This document shows, one piece after another, positions 11,442 through 21,188 of a DNA stretch of 64,000 nt. Origin of the DNA: Thermofilaceae archaeon (GTDB lineage: Archaea; Thermoproteota; Thermoprotei; Thermofilales; Thermofilaceae); assembly GCA_038861545.1 (NCBI GenBank), contig JAWCCZ010000001.1, forward strand, positions 288,001-352,000. The letters are read 5' to 3'. The position numbers and the translations under genes are program-made. Position 1 is the first letter of the stretch; the number at the start of each line of letters is the position of its first letter. The notes beneath the pieces are model-generated. The model was not told the DNA's origin, ran no database searches, and was given only the letters and a program-made list of their open reading frames with translations.

Positions 11442-11673
11442 TTTCTTCCCTTGGCTTAACTAATACTTTAACAGCTAAACCACGACCTAGTGCAGCTGTA
11501 ACTCCTCTAACCTTTACAACTACGGGTCCAGAGAAACCATTGATAAGCACTTCGACTTCAGATCCAGGGGAGAGCCCCATTTCAAGCAGTCTTTTCTTAG
11601 CGCCTAATCCACCAGTAACCTCTACCACAAGTACTTTACTCCCAGCAGGGACATCAGCTAAGGATCGAATCAT
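11413..11673 (-). CDS. feoA: Ferrous iron transport protein FeoA
   Basis: RLLEMGLSPG..GPVVV..ALGRGLA; lies upstream of feoB. Confidence 0.9.
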   Translation of the reverse strand: MIRSLADVPAGSKVLVVEVTGGLGAKKRLLEMGLSPGSEVEVLINGFSGPVVVKVRGVTAALGRGLAVKVLVKPREENEKEVQYSE

Positions 11674-12287
11674 TTTACCACTTTTTTCACATAAATCAGC
11701 CTTGCGATGTTTAGGGGGATACGAAGTACCCGAGTACTCACATTCACAATTACATCGCTTCCATCAAATCCAGAAACTTCGGTTAGGTCTCCCGCTTTCA
11801 AGGCTAACTTACGTCCCCAGTCAACAAGCTCACTGATTTCACCTATTCTCACGATAGTATAGGTACCTTTTCCAGCGTTGCTTAATGGTACAGCGGGTTC
11901 TGTGACGCGTGTAGGCACTGGATTACCGTGGGGGCAATGAGATGGTTTCCCCAAGTAATCGTCCAGAAGCTCAGCGAAATGGTCAACATGTTCAAGCTCG
12001 TGAGCTAAATTATGTGCTTCCCATAAGTCAACCTTCAGAACATCAGTGAGAAATCTCTCAACAACTCTATGATTGTATATGACTCTTACGGCCTTTTCGA
12101 TGCCTTTCTGAGTCAGTAAATATATAGGACCTCTTTTAATTATATAACCCTCTTGTTCAAGTTTTGATAGTATGCGGGTAGCCGTTGAAGCTTTTACACC
12201 TAAATTCTCGGCGACAAAGCTAAGCCTAGCCTCTATTCCAGCCTCGTTCAACCTGTATACAACAGCTAAGTAATCCTCGCTTCTCAT
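11670..12287 (-). CDS. DtxR/MntR-family metal-dependent transcriptional regulator
   Basis: EDYL, HTH, HRVVERFL, AHELEH, CPHGNP and a FeoA-like C-terminal domain. Confidence 0.9.
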   Translation of the reverse strand: MRSEDYLAVVYRLNEAGIEARLSFVAENLGVKASTATRILSKLEQEGYIIKRGPIYLLTQKGIEKAVRVIYNHRVVERFLTDVLKVDLWEAHNLAHELEHVDHFAELLDDYLGKPSHCPHGNPVPTRVTEPAVPLSNAGKGTYTIVRIGEISELVDWGRKLALKAGDLTEVSGFDGSDVIVNVSTRVLRIPLNIARLIYVKKVVK

Positions 12288-12302
12288 CTAAACCTCAAAA
12301 CA

Positions 12303-12330
12303 AAAAAATTAGGCATATACATAAATTTTT
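12303..12330. promoter_or_regulatory. Imperfect palindrome overlapping the TATA box of the dtxR-feoAB operon (candidate DtxR operator)
   Basis: AAAAAATTAGG-CATATA-CATAAATTTTT; arms match 9/11 and contain a TTAGG half-site like DtxR boxes. Confidence 0.5.
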
Positions 12331-12345
12331 TGATTAGTCTAAAAT

Positions 12346-13173
12346 TCACTTATTAAAAGCATACACGAAGGCTTGGCCGAATGTTTGCTCCGGGAAATAG
12401 ATAACCGTGTGGTAACCTCGTCGCTCAAGCTCTTCGGCAATTTCGCTTGGCTTAACGATCGGTAAATGCGCTTCTATAACAATTCTCCGCACTTTTTCCG
12501 GTTCTATGCTCCGAGACCCACTGATAAGCTCGAGCTCCGCCCCCTCAACATCTATTTTCAGAAGGTCAACATAACTTAGTGATATGAGAAGCGAATCGAG
12601 TGGAAATGCCCGCACGTAAATTCGGTGTAAAACCCCACCCATTAACTCAGCATAATCCCTACGTGTACTTGCATTAATCGGGCTATGAGGTTGGAAAAGA
12701 ACAAGCTCTTCCCAATTCACCCAAGCACATCCTTTAAGCAACCTAACATTGCTAAGATTGTTCTCAGCCACATTAAGCTTCAGAAGCTTGAAATTCTCTG
12801 GAAATGCTTCAACCGCTATTACACGCCCCATAGGCCCAACAAGTTTAGCGCTCCTTAACGTATAAAGCCCAATGAAAGCTCCTAGATCCACAACGCTCCA
12901 GCTAGCTTTAGGCCTAAAATCGGCTATAATTTCATAGTCTCGATAGTAAAACACATGGAGTATATTCCTTAGTACAGTTTCTAGGAGGCCGAGCGTAGAA
13001 TAAATGGCTAGCCCATTTTTAAAGTGCAGCCTTACAAGTAGGCGCGGGGCTAATTTTCCTATGTAGCTTAACGTGGCTAGCATCACTAAATTATCCGAAA
13101 GACAATTCATTTTCGTAGCACTGATAAGCTCGCTGAACATAACAATACGATGTGCGGTGTAGTTTTTAACCAA
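12346..13173 (-). CDS. FkbM-family SAM-dependent methyltransferase
   Basis: VVDLGAFIG, VIAVEA, LLKIDVEGAE. Start uncertain. Confidence 0.85.
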   Translation of the reverse strand: MVKNYTAHRIVMFSELISATKMNCLSDNLVMLATLSYIGKLAPRLLVRLHFKNGLAIYSTLGLLETVLRNILHVFYYRDYEIIADFRPKASWSVVDLGAFIGLYTLRSAKLVGPMGRVIAVEAFPENFKLLKLNVAENNLSNVRLLKGCAWVNWEELVLFQPHSPINASTRRDYAELMGGVLHRIYVRAFPLDSLLISLSYVDLLKIDVEGAELELISGSRSIEPEKVRRIVIEAHLPIVKPSEIAEELERRGYHTVIYFPEQTFGQAFVYAFNK

Positions 13174-13308
13174 TTCTCTTAGGAAGAGAGTTTACAAGCA
13201 ATACCAGCCATATAGGGGCTTTTGAATAGTCTAGTCATAACGCTACTAAGTCGATGTACACTAAACCGGTAGGAATTCTTTTTATCTCCGCCTCTATCAC
13301 TATGTTTA

Positions 13309-13368
13309 GGGGAGTGATGACTGAACTCTCATCTGAAGTTATGATTGAGTTTCTGGTCGCTGACCTCT
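13309..13368 (+). ncRNA. Probable C/D-box guide sRNA
   Basis: Intergenic. Box C GTGATGA (13314-20), 12-nt guide, D' CTGA (13333-36), C'-like ATGATTG (13341-47), 12-nt guide, D CTGA (13360-63). A TTTTTA element lies about 28 nt upstream. Confidence 0.65.
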
Positions 13369-13555
13369 CTTAAATTTCGTTAGCATAGCTTTCTTACACA
13401 TAATCTAGGTTTCGCTTAGCTATATTCTCAGGACTCTAAAGTTTCGATTAACTTTAGTAAAAATAAGGTTAATCTTAGAAGAAATATAGCTTTTTTGGTT
13501 ACTTAGAATACCGATAAACTAATTTACCAATGTTTTAGAAAGACTATGTAAACCT

Positions 13556-14197
13556 ATGCCTGGTTTGAAACTCCATAACGGTGATACGGTAGTTTTTGCC
13601 GGCGATAGTATCACGGATTGCGGGAGAATGCAGAATCCGCCTTTAGGATACGGTTACGTTTACATTTTTAACAATTTAATCTTAGCTAAGCACCCGGGCA
13701 TTAAGGTAAACGTTGTAAACGCAGGCGTTAGCGGGGATACAGTTATCGAGCTAAAGAGCAGGTGGGAAGATGATGTATTAAGTTTCAGCCCAGATTGGAT
13801 TTCTATACTTATAGGGATTAACGATATACATCGCATGCTTTCAGGTCAGCAAGGATATGACGCTGAGAACTATTATAGAAACTACAGGGATATCCTAACT
13901 TTAACTAAAAAGAAATGCGAAAGTGTGAAATTCATACTTTTAACACCTTTTTATGTAAGTAAGGCAGCAACGGAGAATACTCACCGGAAGCGGGTCCTCG
14001 AAACTATTCCAAAATACATAGAGAAGGTGAAACAACTAAGTGAAGAATTCTCGGCAATTTTTATAGATCTTCACGCAATGTTTCAATCGATGCTAATATA
14101 TCGTGAGCCTGTAGTGTACGCGCCCGAAGCTGTACACCCAAATTTTGCGGGGCACACAGCTATTGCGCTTGCAATACTAAACGTGCTTGAAAGCTAA
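13556..14197 (+). CDS. SGNH/GDSL hydrolase (acetylxylan/sugar esterase-like)
   Basis: GDSIT, NAGVSG, GIND, EAVHP. Confidence 0.9.
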   Translation: MPGLKLHNGDTVVFAGDSITDCGRMQNPPLGYGYVYIFNNLILAKHPGIKVNVVNAGVSGDTVIELKSRWEDDVLSFSPDWISILIGINDIHRMLSGQQGYDAENYYRNYRDILTLTKKKCESVKFILLTPFYVSKAATENTHRKRVLETIPKYIEKVKQLSEEFSAIFIDLHAMFQSMLIYREPVVYAPEAVHPNFAGHTAIALAILNVLES

Positions 14198-14220
14198 AAA
14201 TAAATCTGTAGAAAAACTTT

Positions 14221-15054
14221 CTATTTTTCTAAGGCAATTGAAGCTAAAACCCATAGCTCCATTAGTCCGTAGGCTTCGATTATGTTTTTTGCAGTGTATT
14301 TCACCACTAAAGGTAATAATCTCCTAACTCCAGGGGTGAGACACGCTACATCAGCGTAAGCTGTAGAGCAAAAAGTGATGCGCAGTTCGACGGGTTCATT
14401 TACAACGAGTTTTTTCGTCTCACCAGCCTTGAACTTTTGCACAGCCTCTGCTGCACCATTTTTTAGCATGGCAACCGTTTTTTCCAAACTTGGACTACGA
14501 GCAGAGTACCTGCCGAGGCTCTTCTTCAAAGGCACTTTAACAACCCAAGGAGCGTACCTGTTAACATCGCTTTCCAGCAATGCCTCATCCCCAGCTACAA
14601 GTATTACCGGTTTGCCGTAATGTCCTGCTACGTATGCATTTAAAAGAAATTCGCTAGCTTCAACTCCATTAATGCTCACGCTTCTGATTACCCTTCCACT
14701 GTAGGTATGATCAAACGTTGCCTCTTGTGTACCAGCTTTCGCGTGATAGCCAAGGAATAGCACAGCATCTGCCTCTTCAACAGCAGTCACCATGCTGATG
14801 GGTCGGGGAAACCCTCTAATCACTTCTACATATACAGGAAATTTCTCCACATCTAGGTTAACCATACCCCCATGACTGTCGGCAACTATTACTTCAGCGA
14901 AACCCTGCCGGTGTAGTTCCTCAACTACTGTAGTGACAAGTGAAGTGGTTATTCTTCGAGATTCTTCAAACAAAGGCCTTCCAGGGGATAAGTGATCCCT
15001 AGATACGATGAAAGGCATTCCCTCTACATCCACAGAGATATATGCTTTCATCAC
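14221..15054 (-). CDS. D-aminopeptidase, peptidase family M55 (DppA-like)
   Basis: YISVDVEG, VADSHG, GYHA, DHTYS, VAGD. Confidence 0.9.
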   Translation of the reverse strand: MMKAYISVDVEGMPFIVSRDHLSPGRPLFEESRRITTSLVTTVVEELHRQGFAEVIVADSHGGMVNLDVEKFPVYVEVIRGFPRPISMVTAVEEADAVLFLGYHAKAGTQEATFDHTYSGRVIRSVSINGVEASEFLLNAYVAGHYGKPVILVAGDEALLESDVNRYAPWVVKVPLKKSLGRYSARSPSLEKTVAMLKNGAAEAVQKFKAGETKKLVVNEPVELRITFCSTAYADVACLTPGVRRLLPLVVKYTAKNIIEAYGLMELWVLASIALEK

Positions 15055-15110
15055 TGTCTTGATATCCGGACGGCAAAAAGTATTTGTGTCAACAATGTTT
15101 ACATAAATGT

Positions 15111-16136
15111 ATGAAAAAGTTAGTAATAGCAGTAATTACGATGCTGTTTATATCAAATATAGCTATTTCTCAGACTCCTACACCTCTGTCTATTAATTTT
15201 GACAGGGACTTTAAACTGGTCATGGCTTATCCTATAGAGATAAAATACGGTAGCAGGGTAAGAGTAGTCCTGGACTTAACAGCTTTGCGAGATGCATTCG
15301 TGAATACTCTATACGTCAAGTTCGTCTTAGTGCATGAAAACGGAGCCGTCACTCTCTTCGAGAGGAGTCTCTTAGGGCCTAAGGATTTCACACAAGGCGA
15401 GCAATACCACACTTCTATAGAGTTCCAAGCCGCTATACCTACGCCTCAGCCTCCTAAGGATCCTTTCATTGAACTCACTGTAAAAATGAATTATACCGTG
15501 GACTCTACTGAGAAATTTTACGAGTATAGAGCCTCGATCTCCCTTGTGCATCGTTTAACCTACGCGGAGCTGAGTGATCAGCTAGCTAAAGCTCAGGAGA
15601 AGGCAGAGCTAGCCGACAAGCTGGCTGTTGAGCTAAACAACTTGAAGTTAAAACTGGCTAACGAGAGCGGGAGGGCAAGCGCTCTTAGCAATGTAGTGAA
15701 TGACCTGATGGCTGAGCATAAAGCCCTAATCAATAGAATTAGCGAACTAACTGGGCGAATTGGTGCAATGGAAAACGAGAATTCGGCACTTAAGGCGGAG
15801 TTAGAGTCTTTAGAGAAGGAATTAGATAGGCTGAAGTCAGAAAACGCCGCACTAAGAGAAGAAAGAAGCGGGTTATCCTCAAGATTGACAAATATAGAAG
15901 ATCTTTATTCGCTGGCAACTAAAGAGTTATCAAACTTAAAGAAAGAGTATGACAAAGTTTTAGCAGAGTCTAACAACCTTAAGATCGGTTTAGCTGTAAC
16001 GCTCACTGCTTTTGCTGCAACACTTATAACCATAATCCTGCGTAAAAGAGGTTTTAACACTAGCGGAAAACTGTTCCCACTTCCTCCACCGCCGGACAGT
16101 GTTAAAACCTCAAGTTTCATAGTGAATAACGCTTAA
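15111..16136 (+). CDS. Hypothetical surface protein: signal peptide, beta-rich domain, long coiled coil, C-terminal TM anchor
   Basis: MKKLVIAVITML signal, heptad-rich central region, TM segment IGLAVTLTAFAATLITIIL-RKR and Pro-rich tail. Confidence 0.7.
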   Translation: MKKLVIAVITMLFISNIAISQTPTPLSINFDRDFKLVMAYPIEIKYGSRVRVVLDLTALRDAFVNTLYVKFVLVHENGAVTLFERSLLGPKDFTQGEQYHTSIEFQAAIPTPQPPKDPFIELTVKMNYTVDSTEKFYEYRASISLVHRLTYAELSDQLAKAQEKAELADKLAVELNNLKLKLANESGRASALSNVVNDLMAEHKALINRISELTGRIGAMENENSALKAELESLEKELDRLKSENAALREERSGLSSRLTNIEDLYSLATKELSNLKKEYDKVLAESNNLKIGLAVTLTAFAATLITIILRKRGFNTSGKLFPLPPPPDSVKTSSFIVNNA

Positions 16137-16177
16137 CAGAGTTCGAAAGTATTAAATAACATGAAAGTCAAAGGGTT

Positions 16178-16945
16178 GTGCTAGGCTATCTGTTGTTAGG
16201 CCTGCTTCAAGGCATCTGCGAATGGCTTCCCATCTCTAGTAAAACCGTCCTTTTTCTTGCATCATCCTTCTTACTTGGGAGGGATTTTGCTGAATCTTAT
16301 GATTTAGCTTTAGCTCTACAGGCTGGCACTATTGCCTCAGCTGTTTTATACTTCCGGAATAATTGGATGAATATGCTCCGAGATAAAAGGATTCTAATTT
16401 TCCTAGCTTTATCTACGCTGCTTACAGGGGTTATCGGGGTCCCCCTATATCTCTTCGCTAGAGAAGCTTTAGAGGGCACAATTCATCAAGTGTTCCCCAC
16501 ATTATTTATAGCGATTCTGCTGATGGCCCAGTCGCTCATAAGCCGTTTAAGTAAGGCAGGTACAAGGCATGTCGAAGATATAAAGGCCTTAGATTCTATT
16601 CTATTCGGAATCATACAAGGAATGGCCAGCTTGCCTGGAATCAGTAGGTCCGGCTCTACTGTTACTCTTCTCCTATACTTAGGTTTTGCCCCTTATGACG
16701 CGTTGAGCCTGAGTTTCGCGGCATCTATACCCGCAAGCGCAGGAGCGCTTATTACGGTACTCCTATTTAATAGAGGGATATTTTTCGAGGATTTAACTAA
16801 ATTACTTGCGGCTTTCGCTATTGCTGCAGTTACCGGCTACTTTTGCATTAAAGGTTTAATTAGGATCGCGACTAGGCACGGACCGGTTTTTTCAGGGTTT
16901 ATGGCTATTATCGCATTATTTGCAGTCTTTCTATCTTTTGTATGA
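16178..16945 (+). CDS. uppP: Undecaprenyl-diphosphate phosphatase (BacA/UppP family)
   Basis: QGICEWLPISS and PGISRSG motifs. Confidence 0.9.
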   Translation: MLGYLLLGLLQGICEWLPISSKTVLFLASSFLLGRDFAESYDLALALQAGTIASAVLYFRNNWMNMLRDKRILIFLALSTLLTGVIGVPLYLFAREALEGTIHQVFPTLFIAILLMAQSLISRLSKAGTRHVEDIKALDSILFGIIQGMASLPGISRSGSTVTLLLYLGFAPYDALSLSFAASIPASAGALITVLLFNRGIFFEDLTKLLAAFAIAAVTGYFCIKGLIRIATRHGPVFSGFMAIIALFAVFLSFV

Positions 16946-18712
16946 ACTTAGCAGCGTGAGTAAGTGTGGCAGATCTGTGTGTTGTATTGCTGGAAAACCA
17001 AGCCTGAGAGCTTTTACCTGAGCGTAAACGTTGTTAGTAACAAGCACTGGCAAGCGGCCCGAACGTTTAGCACAGACAGCATTTCTCAGGTTGTCTTCAA
17101 CTACAATGGCTCCTTCTTTACATATATTTAAAAACATAGCTTCTTTGTAAGGGCCAACGTCGTCATCACGCCCAATTATATGTTCGCACAGCTTAGTAAA
17201 CCCAGTTTTCCGCAGGATTTCTTTAGCTGAACGTGAGGTTTGAAGCGTTGCCACTTTAATTTCCAAAGGCAGGTTATTGAAAACCGAAGGCTTCACTAAA
17301 GGCTTTGCCGCCTTAATCGCTTTAAGCTCGTTTTCCTCCACTACAGATGATGCAACTTCATATTTCTCTTTGTCGGTGATCCATAATCTCCTCAGCGCTT
17401 CTGTAACCCCCTCCCAGGGTTTTGCAAGATTTTTCTTCTGAAGAATTGCTCTAACAGTCCTCCAATCTACAGGCAAGCTCACAAGTGTACCGTCTAAATC
17501 GAATACTATTTCCCTCACTCCTGCTCTCATAGCTGAGTGAGCCCACCACCGCAGTTTATTTATGTCGCTAACGATGCTACTAATCCAACTCTTTTTCTCG
17601 CGCTGTAGCCGTTTAAGCGCCCATATGAACTGGGCTGTTACTCTGACTGTGTCGGAGAGGTCAACGTCACAGTATCCTCTGTGTGCAACTCCGGTAAGCA
17701 TGTGACCCCATACACTGGGTATTTTAGCAAGGTATCTTATGCCATCCAGGACCCAGTAGTATTTACCATTGCGGACCCTCAAGCCTGCCGCTGCCTTCTT
17801 CGCCGACTCTACTCCCTCCATGTAAGCTTTGGCTAGTATAGCAGGAAAATGATAGCCGAGAGAGACTGGTAAATCTAAGCTTCCCCAAAACTTTGGATTT
17901 AGCTCCACTACGAAGTATTCTCCTGTATCTGCAACAAACCTCGTTTCCACCATTATAGGGCCACTCCATTTTAACAGTTTCACTATTCCACGACCCAGCT
18001 TGAATAACCTCGGATCTAATACAGGGCCTTTCGCGGAGAGGCTTGCCCCACCAGCTGGGTCGTACTCAGTAATTCTTTCATGTGTAAACTCAAGGATAGA
18101 CTCACCATTAAACGCGACCGCGTAATATCCCCTGCCAATACCTGGTATGTACTCTTGAACTAAGCACGGAGCTCTTTCAGTAGCTCTCCTAGTAGCTAAT
18201 TCCATGGTAGGAAAGTACTCTGGCTTCGCGGCATCTCCTAAACCTTTTACGACCAATGGAGGCTCCAGATCTACGAGCTTGGCAATATCATTAGATCGCG
18301 CCACTGTTATCTGCTTAGGTGTCTTACCTAATTCCCTTAAAAGGTCAGGTAATTTCTCTTTATTAGAGGCGAGTTCAATCGATTCGAAACGTGGTGCTAC
18401 AAGCGTTACCTCAGTTTTTTCGAAAAGGTTTTTCCATTTCGCAAACGTAAGTACATCTATAAAATCGACAGGGATCACGAGGTCTGCCTCCCATTCTTTA
18501 GCAATTTTCGCAATAGTATTAGCCCAAGGGAGCCCACTTCGAGGATTCTTAACTACAGTTTTCTTCTCGAAAAACTTGGAGAAAACATTTGGGTGGATTG
18601 AGTGCGCCACCCCATAAACTGAAAACCCATGATTCCTTAGGGACGACGAAAGTGGTAAAGCTTTCCTAGAGGCTATGGAAGCTAGAAGTACTTTGCTCAT
18701 GCTCCTACCCAT
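16931..18712 (-). CDS. ATP-grasp carboxylate-amine ligase fused to a C-terminal HAD-like domain
   Basis: LVQEYIPG, MVETR, VELNPKFWGS; C-terminal FDLDGTL and VEDN HAD motifs. Confidence 0.78.
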   Translation of the reverse strand: MGRSMSKVLLASIASRKALPLSSSLRNHGFSVYGVAHSIHPNVFSKFFEKKTVVKNPRSGLPWANTIAKIAKEWEADLVIPVDFIDVLTFAKWKNLFEKTEVTLVAPRFESIELASNKEKLPDLLRELGKTPKQITVARSNDIAKLVDLEPPLVVKGLGDAAKPEYFPTMELATRRATERAPCLVQEYIPGIGRGYYAVAFNGESILEFTHERITEYDPAGGASLSAKGPVLDPRLFKLGRGIVKLLKWSGPIMVETRFVADTGEYFVVELNPKFWGSLDLPVSLGYHFPAILAKAYMEGVESAKKAAAGLRVRNGKYYWVLDGIRYLAKIPSVWGHMLTGVAHRGYCDVDLSDTVRVTAQFIWALKRLQREKKSWISSIVSDINKLRWWAHSAMRAGVREIVFDLDGTLVSLPVDWRTVRAILQKKNLAKPWEGVTEALRRLWITDKEKYEVASSVVEENELKAIKAAKPLVKPSVFNNLPLEIKVATLQTSRSAKEILRKTGFTKLCEHIIGRDDDVGPYKEAMFLNICKEGAIVVEDNLRNAVCAKRSGRLPVLVTNNVYAQVKALRLGFPAIQHTDLPHLLTLLSSYKR

Positions 18713-19766
18713 AAAGGCTAAGCCAGTGTTCGCATATGCTCAAACAGTTCGTCAGCCACGCTCCCCTACTTTTGAAAAATGATAACATTTTTCTATACAT
18801 CCTGCTCCATTCTCCGTAAAGAAGCTCACTGAAAGTATTGTTATGCCATAAAATTGTCAAGACGCCTCCGATTTTTTCGACAGTAGCTGCTAGCTTTTTT
18901 ATCAAATCGAACGCCTCTTGTGGTTGTACATGCATGTAACCCCAAAACGTGGTATCCATAATAGCCAGTGGGATTTCCAGTATAGCAATCTCTCCATCAT
19001 CAACAACTGGTTTAAACGGATAACACATTCCATTCCTAAATCCCGGTGAATCGGGGAACGCCAGTGTAGTGTCGTATTTAAAACCAGCTGCTTCTACAGC
19101 AAGCCACGTCGAGGGGTAGGTAAATCTCAGGTAATGCATACGCACACCAGCTACCTTGTAGCCCTCTAACATGCTTTCAAGGATTGCTTTCTCCTTTGCC
19201 AGGACTTCGGGTTTATCATGGGAGAGGTATCCGCCATGTAGTCCGACCTCCCACCCCTCGCGGATTATCTTGCCTAGTTCACCTGCTAGGAACTCTAAAT
19301 CATAGTATTCCTCGTATCGTTCCTCCAATAATTCTCTGGGTGTTGCTTTCACCAAAAAGCTTGAGGTAGCTGAAAATTCCTCCTCGATTTTAACGATTTC
19401 TCTAAGAGAGTAAGGATTGTACAAACGCCATTTACTAGCGGTACCAAGCTTCCAGAGCAACATTATGCTCAGGTTATGCTTACTGCGAGCTGACTCTAAT
19501 GCTTTTTTAACATGCCTTGAAGGCGGATATGCCCAATCTACATCGTGAGTTAAGCACACGGCAAAGCGCTTCCCCCCTGGCCACGTTATTTGGAAACCCT
19601 TCTCGTAAAGGTTTTCGGAAACAGTAGGAACTAAATGGTTTCCGTTGACGCTTTTTGCCAGTACTCGACCATGTTCATCCCTAGGTACTCCGATTTCTCT
19701 CTGTAGACTGAAAATCCTCCAACTTTCGCTGTCTAAATTGCTCCTATTGAGCGACACTTTTCTCAT
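18705..19766 (-). CDS. Polysaccharide deacetylase-family protein
   Basis: LTHDVD, EVGLHG, RMHYL, YDTT..GFRNG, EIPL.IMD, LWHN. Confidence 0.85.
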   Translation of the reverse strand: MRKVSLNRSNLDSESWRIFSLQREIGVPRDEHGRVLAKSVNGNHLVPTVSENLYEKGFQITWPGGKRFAVCLTHDVDWAYPPSRHVKKALESARSKHNLSIMLLWKLGTASKWRLYNPYSLREIVKIEEEFSATSSFLVKATPRELLEERYEEYYDLEFLAGELGKIIREGWEVGLHGGYLSHDKPEVLAKEKAILESMLEGYKVAGVRMHYLRFTYPSTWLAVEAAGFKYDTTLAFPDSPGFRNGMCYPFKPVVDDGEIAILEIPLAIMDTTFWGYMHVQPQEAFDLIKKLAATVEKIGGVLTILWHNNTFSELLYGEWSRMYRKMLSFFKSRGAWLTNCLSICEHWLSLYG

Positions 19767-19785
19767 ACACTATTTTTGAACATAT

Positions 19786-20736
19786 TTATGTTTCTAAAGT
19801 ATCAGCATTTCGAATCTCTACATCGGTCCCTAGCCAGTAAACATACTTGAAATTCTTCCAATTTAATGCAGCTGCCGAAACACTATCCTTTGAAGCTACA
19901 ACTATGCCAAGCGAATATTTCTCCCCGTCCAGCCTTGCCACCTCGGCAGCCGCCTCAATTACTGAGTTAGCAGCCTTAGAGGTATCGTAACCTTGCGATA
20001 GCAGCATTACAGCTTTAAACGCAGCAACTGTTCTCATGGCTACTTCTCCAACGCCTGTGCAAATAGCTGCGCCGTACCTGCTGTCAGAGTAGAATCCAGC
20101 TCCAACTACTGCAGAATCAGCTACTCTTCCTGGGAATTTAAAGGCGATCCCACTTGTTGATGCGCCGGCAGCGACATTTCCCTGCCGATCCATTGCTATG
20201 ACGCCTATCGTATCGTGCCAGATTCGCGAAGCTAAGCGGAATATTTTGTCATAGTAGGTAAAGAGTTGCGCGGAGCCTTCAACTATTTTCTTTTCCAATT
20301 CTCTTTTCCTCTGAAAGGCTTCGGGCGATAATTGAGGCGTTTCAACCAGTTCTAACCCAAGGTGCTCCGCCAGTTTCACAGCGGGTTCGCCTACTATAAG
20401 CGAGTGCGGAAGTAATTCAAGGCATTTCCTGGCTAGGCTGATCGGATGCTTAACGCGCTTTACAGCTGCAACCCCGCAAGCCCTTAAAGTATACCCGTCC
20501 ATTATTCCGGCGTCAAGTGTGACTTCTCCAATCCAATCAGGCCAGCCGCTTAAGCCAACGCTTCTTTCATTGGGATCGTTCTCAACCGCAGCTATGCCGC
20601 GCTCAACTGCATCAACTGCTGTTCCTCCCCTTAGAAGAACTTCTACGGCTGTTTGAACCGCCTTAACCCCGGAATCGTGGTACGATGCTGCTAGCACTGC
20701 TGCGGTACCGAAAAGCCGGGTAAAAAAACTTAACAT
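19786..20736 (-). CDS. Glycosylasparaginase / isoaspartyl peptidase (Ntn-hydrolase, asparaginase_2)
   Basis: SVG, LDAGIMDG, autocleavage site HD|TIG, ASTSG, GRVADS, TGVGE. Confidence 0.87.
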   Translation of the reverse strand: MLSFFTRLFGTAAVLAASYHDSGVKAVQTAVEVLLRGGTAVDAVERGIAAVENDPNERSVGLSGWPDWIGEVTLDAGIMDGYTLRACGVAAVKRVKHPISLARKCLELLPHSLIVGEPAVKLAEHLGLELVETPQLSPEAFQRKRELEKKIVEGSAQLFTYYDKIFRLASRIWHDTIGVIAMDRQGNVAAGASTSGIAFKFPGRVADSAVVGAGFYSDSRYGAAICTGVGEVAMRTVAAFKAVMLLSQGYDTSKAANSVIEAAAEVARLDGEKYSLGIVVASKDSVSAAALNWKNFKYVYWLGTDVEIRNADTLET

Positions 20737-20785
20737 GCGGAAAACTTTTAAGTTACTAAGTTACTAATGTAAATGAGCTGAAATT

Positions 20786-21160
20786 ATGAAGGAGCACCCA
20801 ATTGGATGGCCGCGTGAACACCTACCACACCACTGGTGTGGCCCTCCTCACAAGCCTCCCCATTTCAGAGGCCTTCTTCACCTAGCGATTTTAAAGTCCC
20901 TTAAAGATGGACCAGTGCACGGAGCTGAGGTTCAAAGGATAATTAGAGAGAGGTATGGAGTGGAAGCCCCTCCACCAGCTGTTTACGGCTTATTGAGAAG
21001 GCTGGAGGAACAGGGATTCGTTATCTCCACATGGGAAACCGCTGAAAGCGGGCCCGCTCGCAGGGTTTACAGGATAACTGAAGAGGGGTTAATGTATCTT
21101 GAGCACTCCTTTGAACATATGAAAAAACTGAAAGATCTCCTCGATAAACTGATTGAATAA
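20786..21160 (+). CDS. PadR-family transcriptional regulator with a His/Pro-rich N-terminus
   Basis: VYGLLRRLEEQG..W...SGPARRVYRITEEG. Confidence 0.88.
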   Translation: MKEHPIGWPREHLPHHWCGPPHKPPHFRGLLHLAILKSLKDGPVHGAEVQRIIRERYGVEAPPPAVYGLLRRLEEQGFVISTWETAESGPARRVYRITEEGLMYLEHSFEHMKKLKDLLDKLIE

Positions 21161-21188
21161 ATAAGAGTACAATATTTTTTTATATTTT

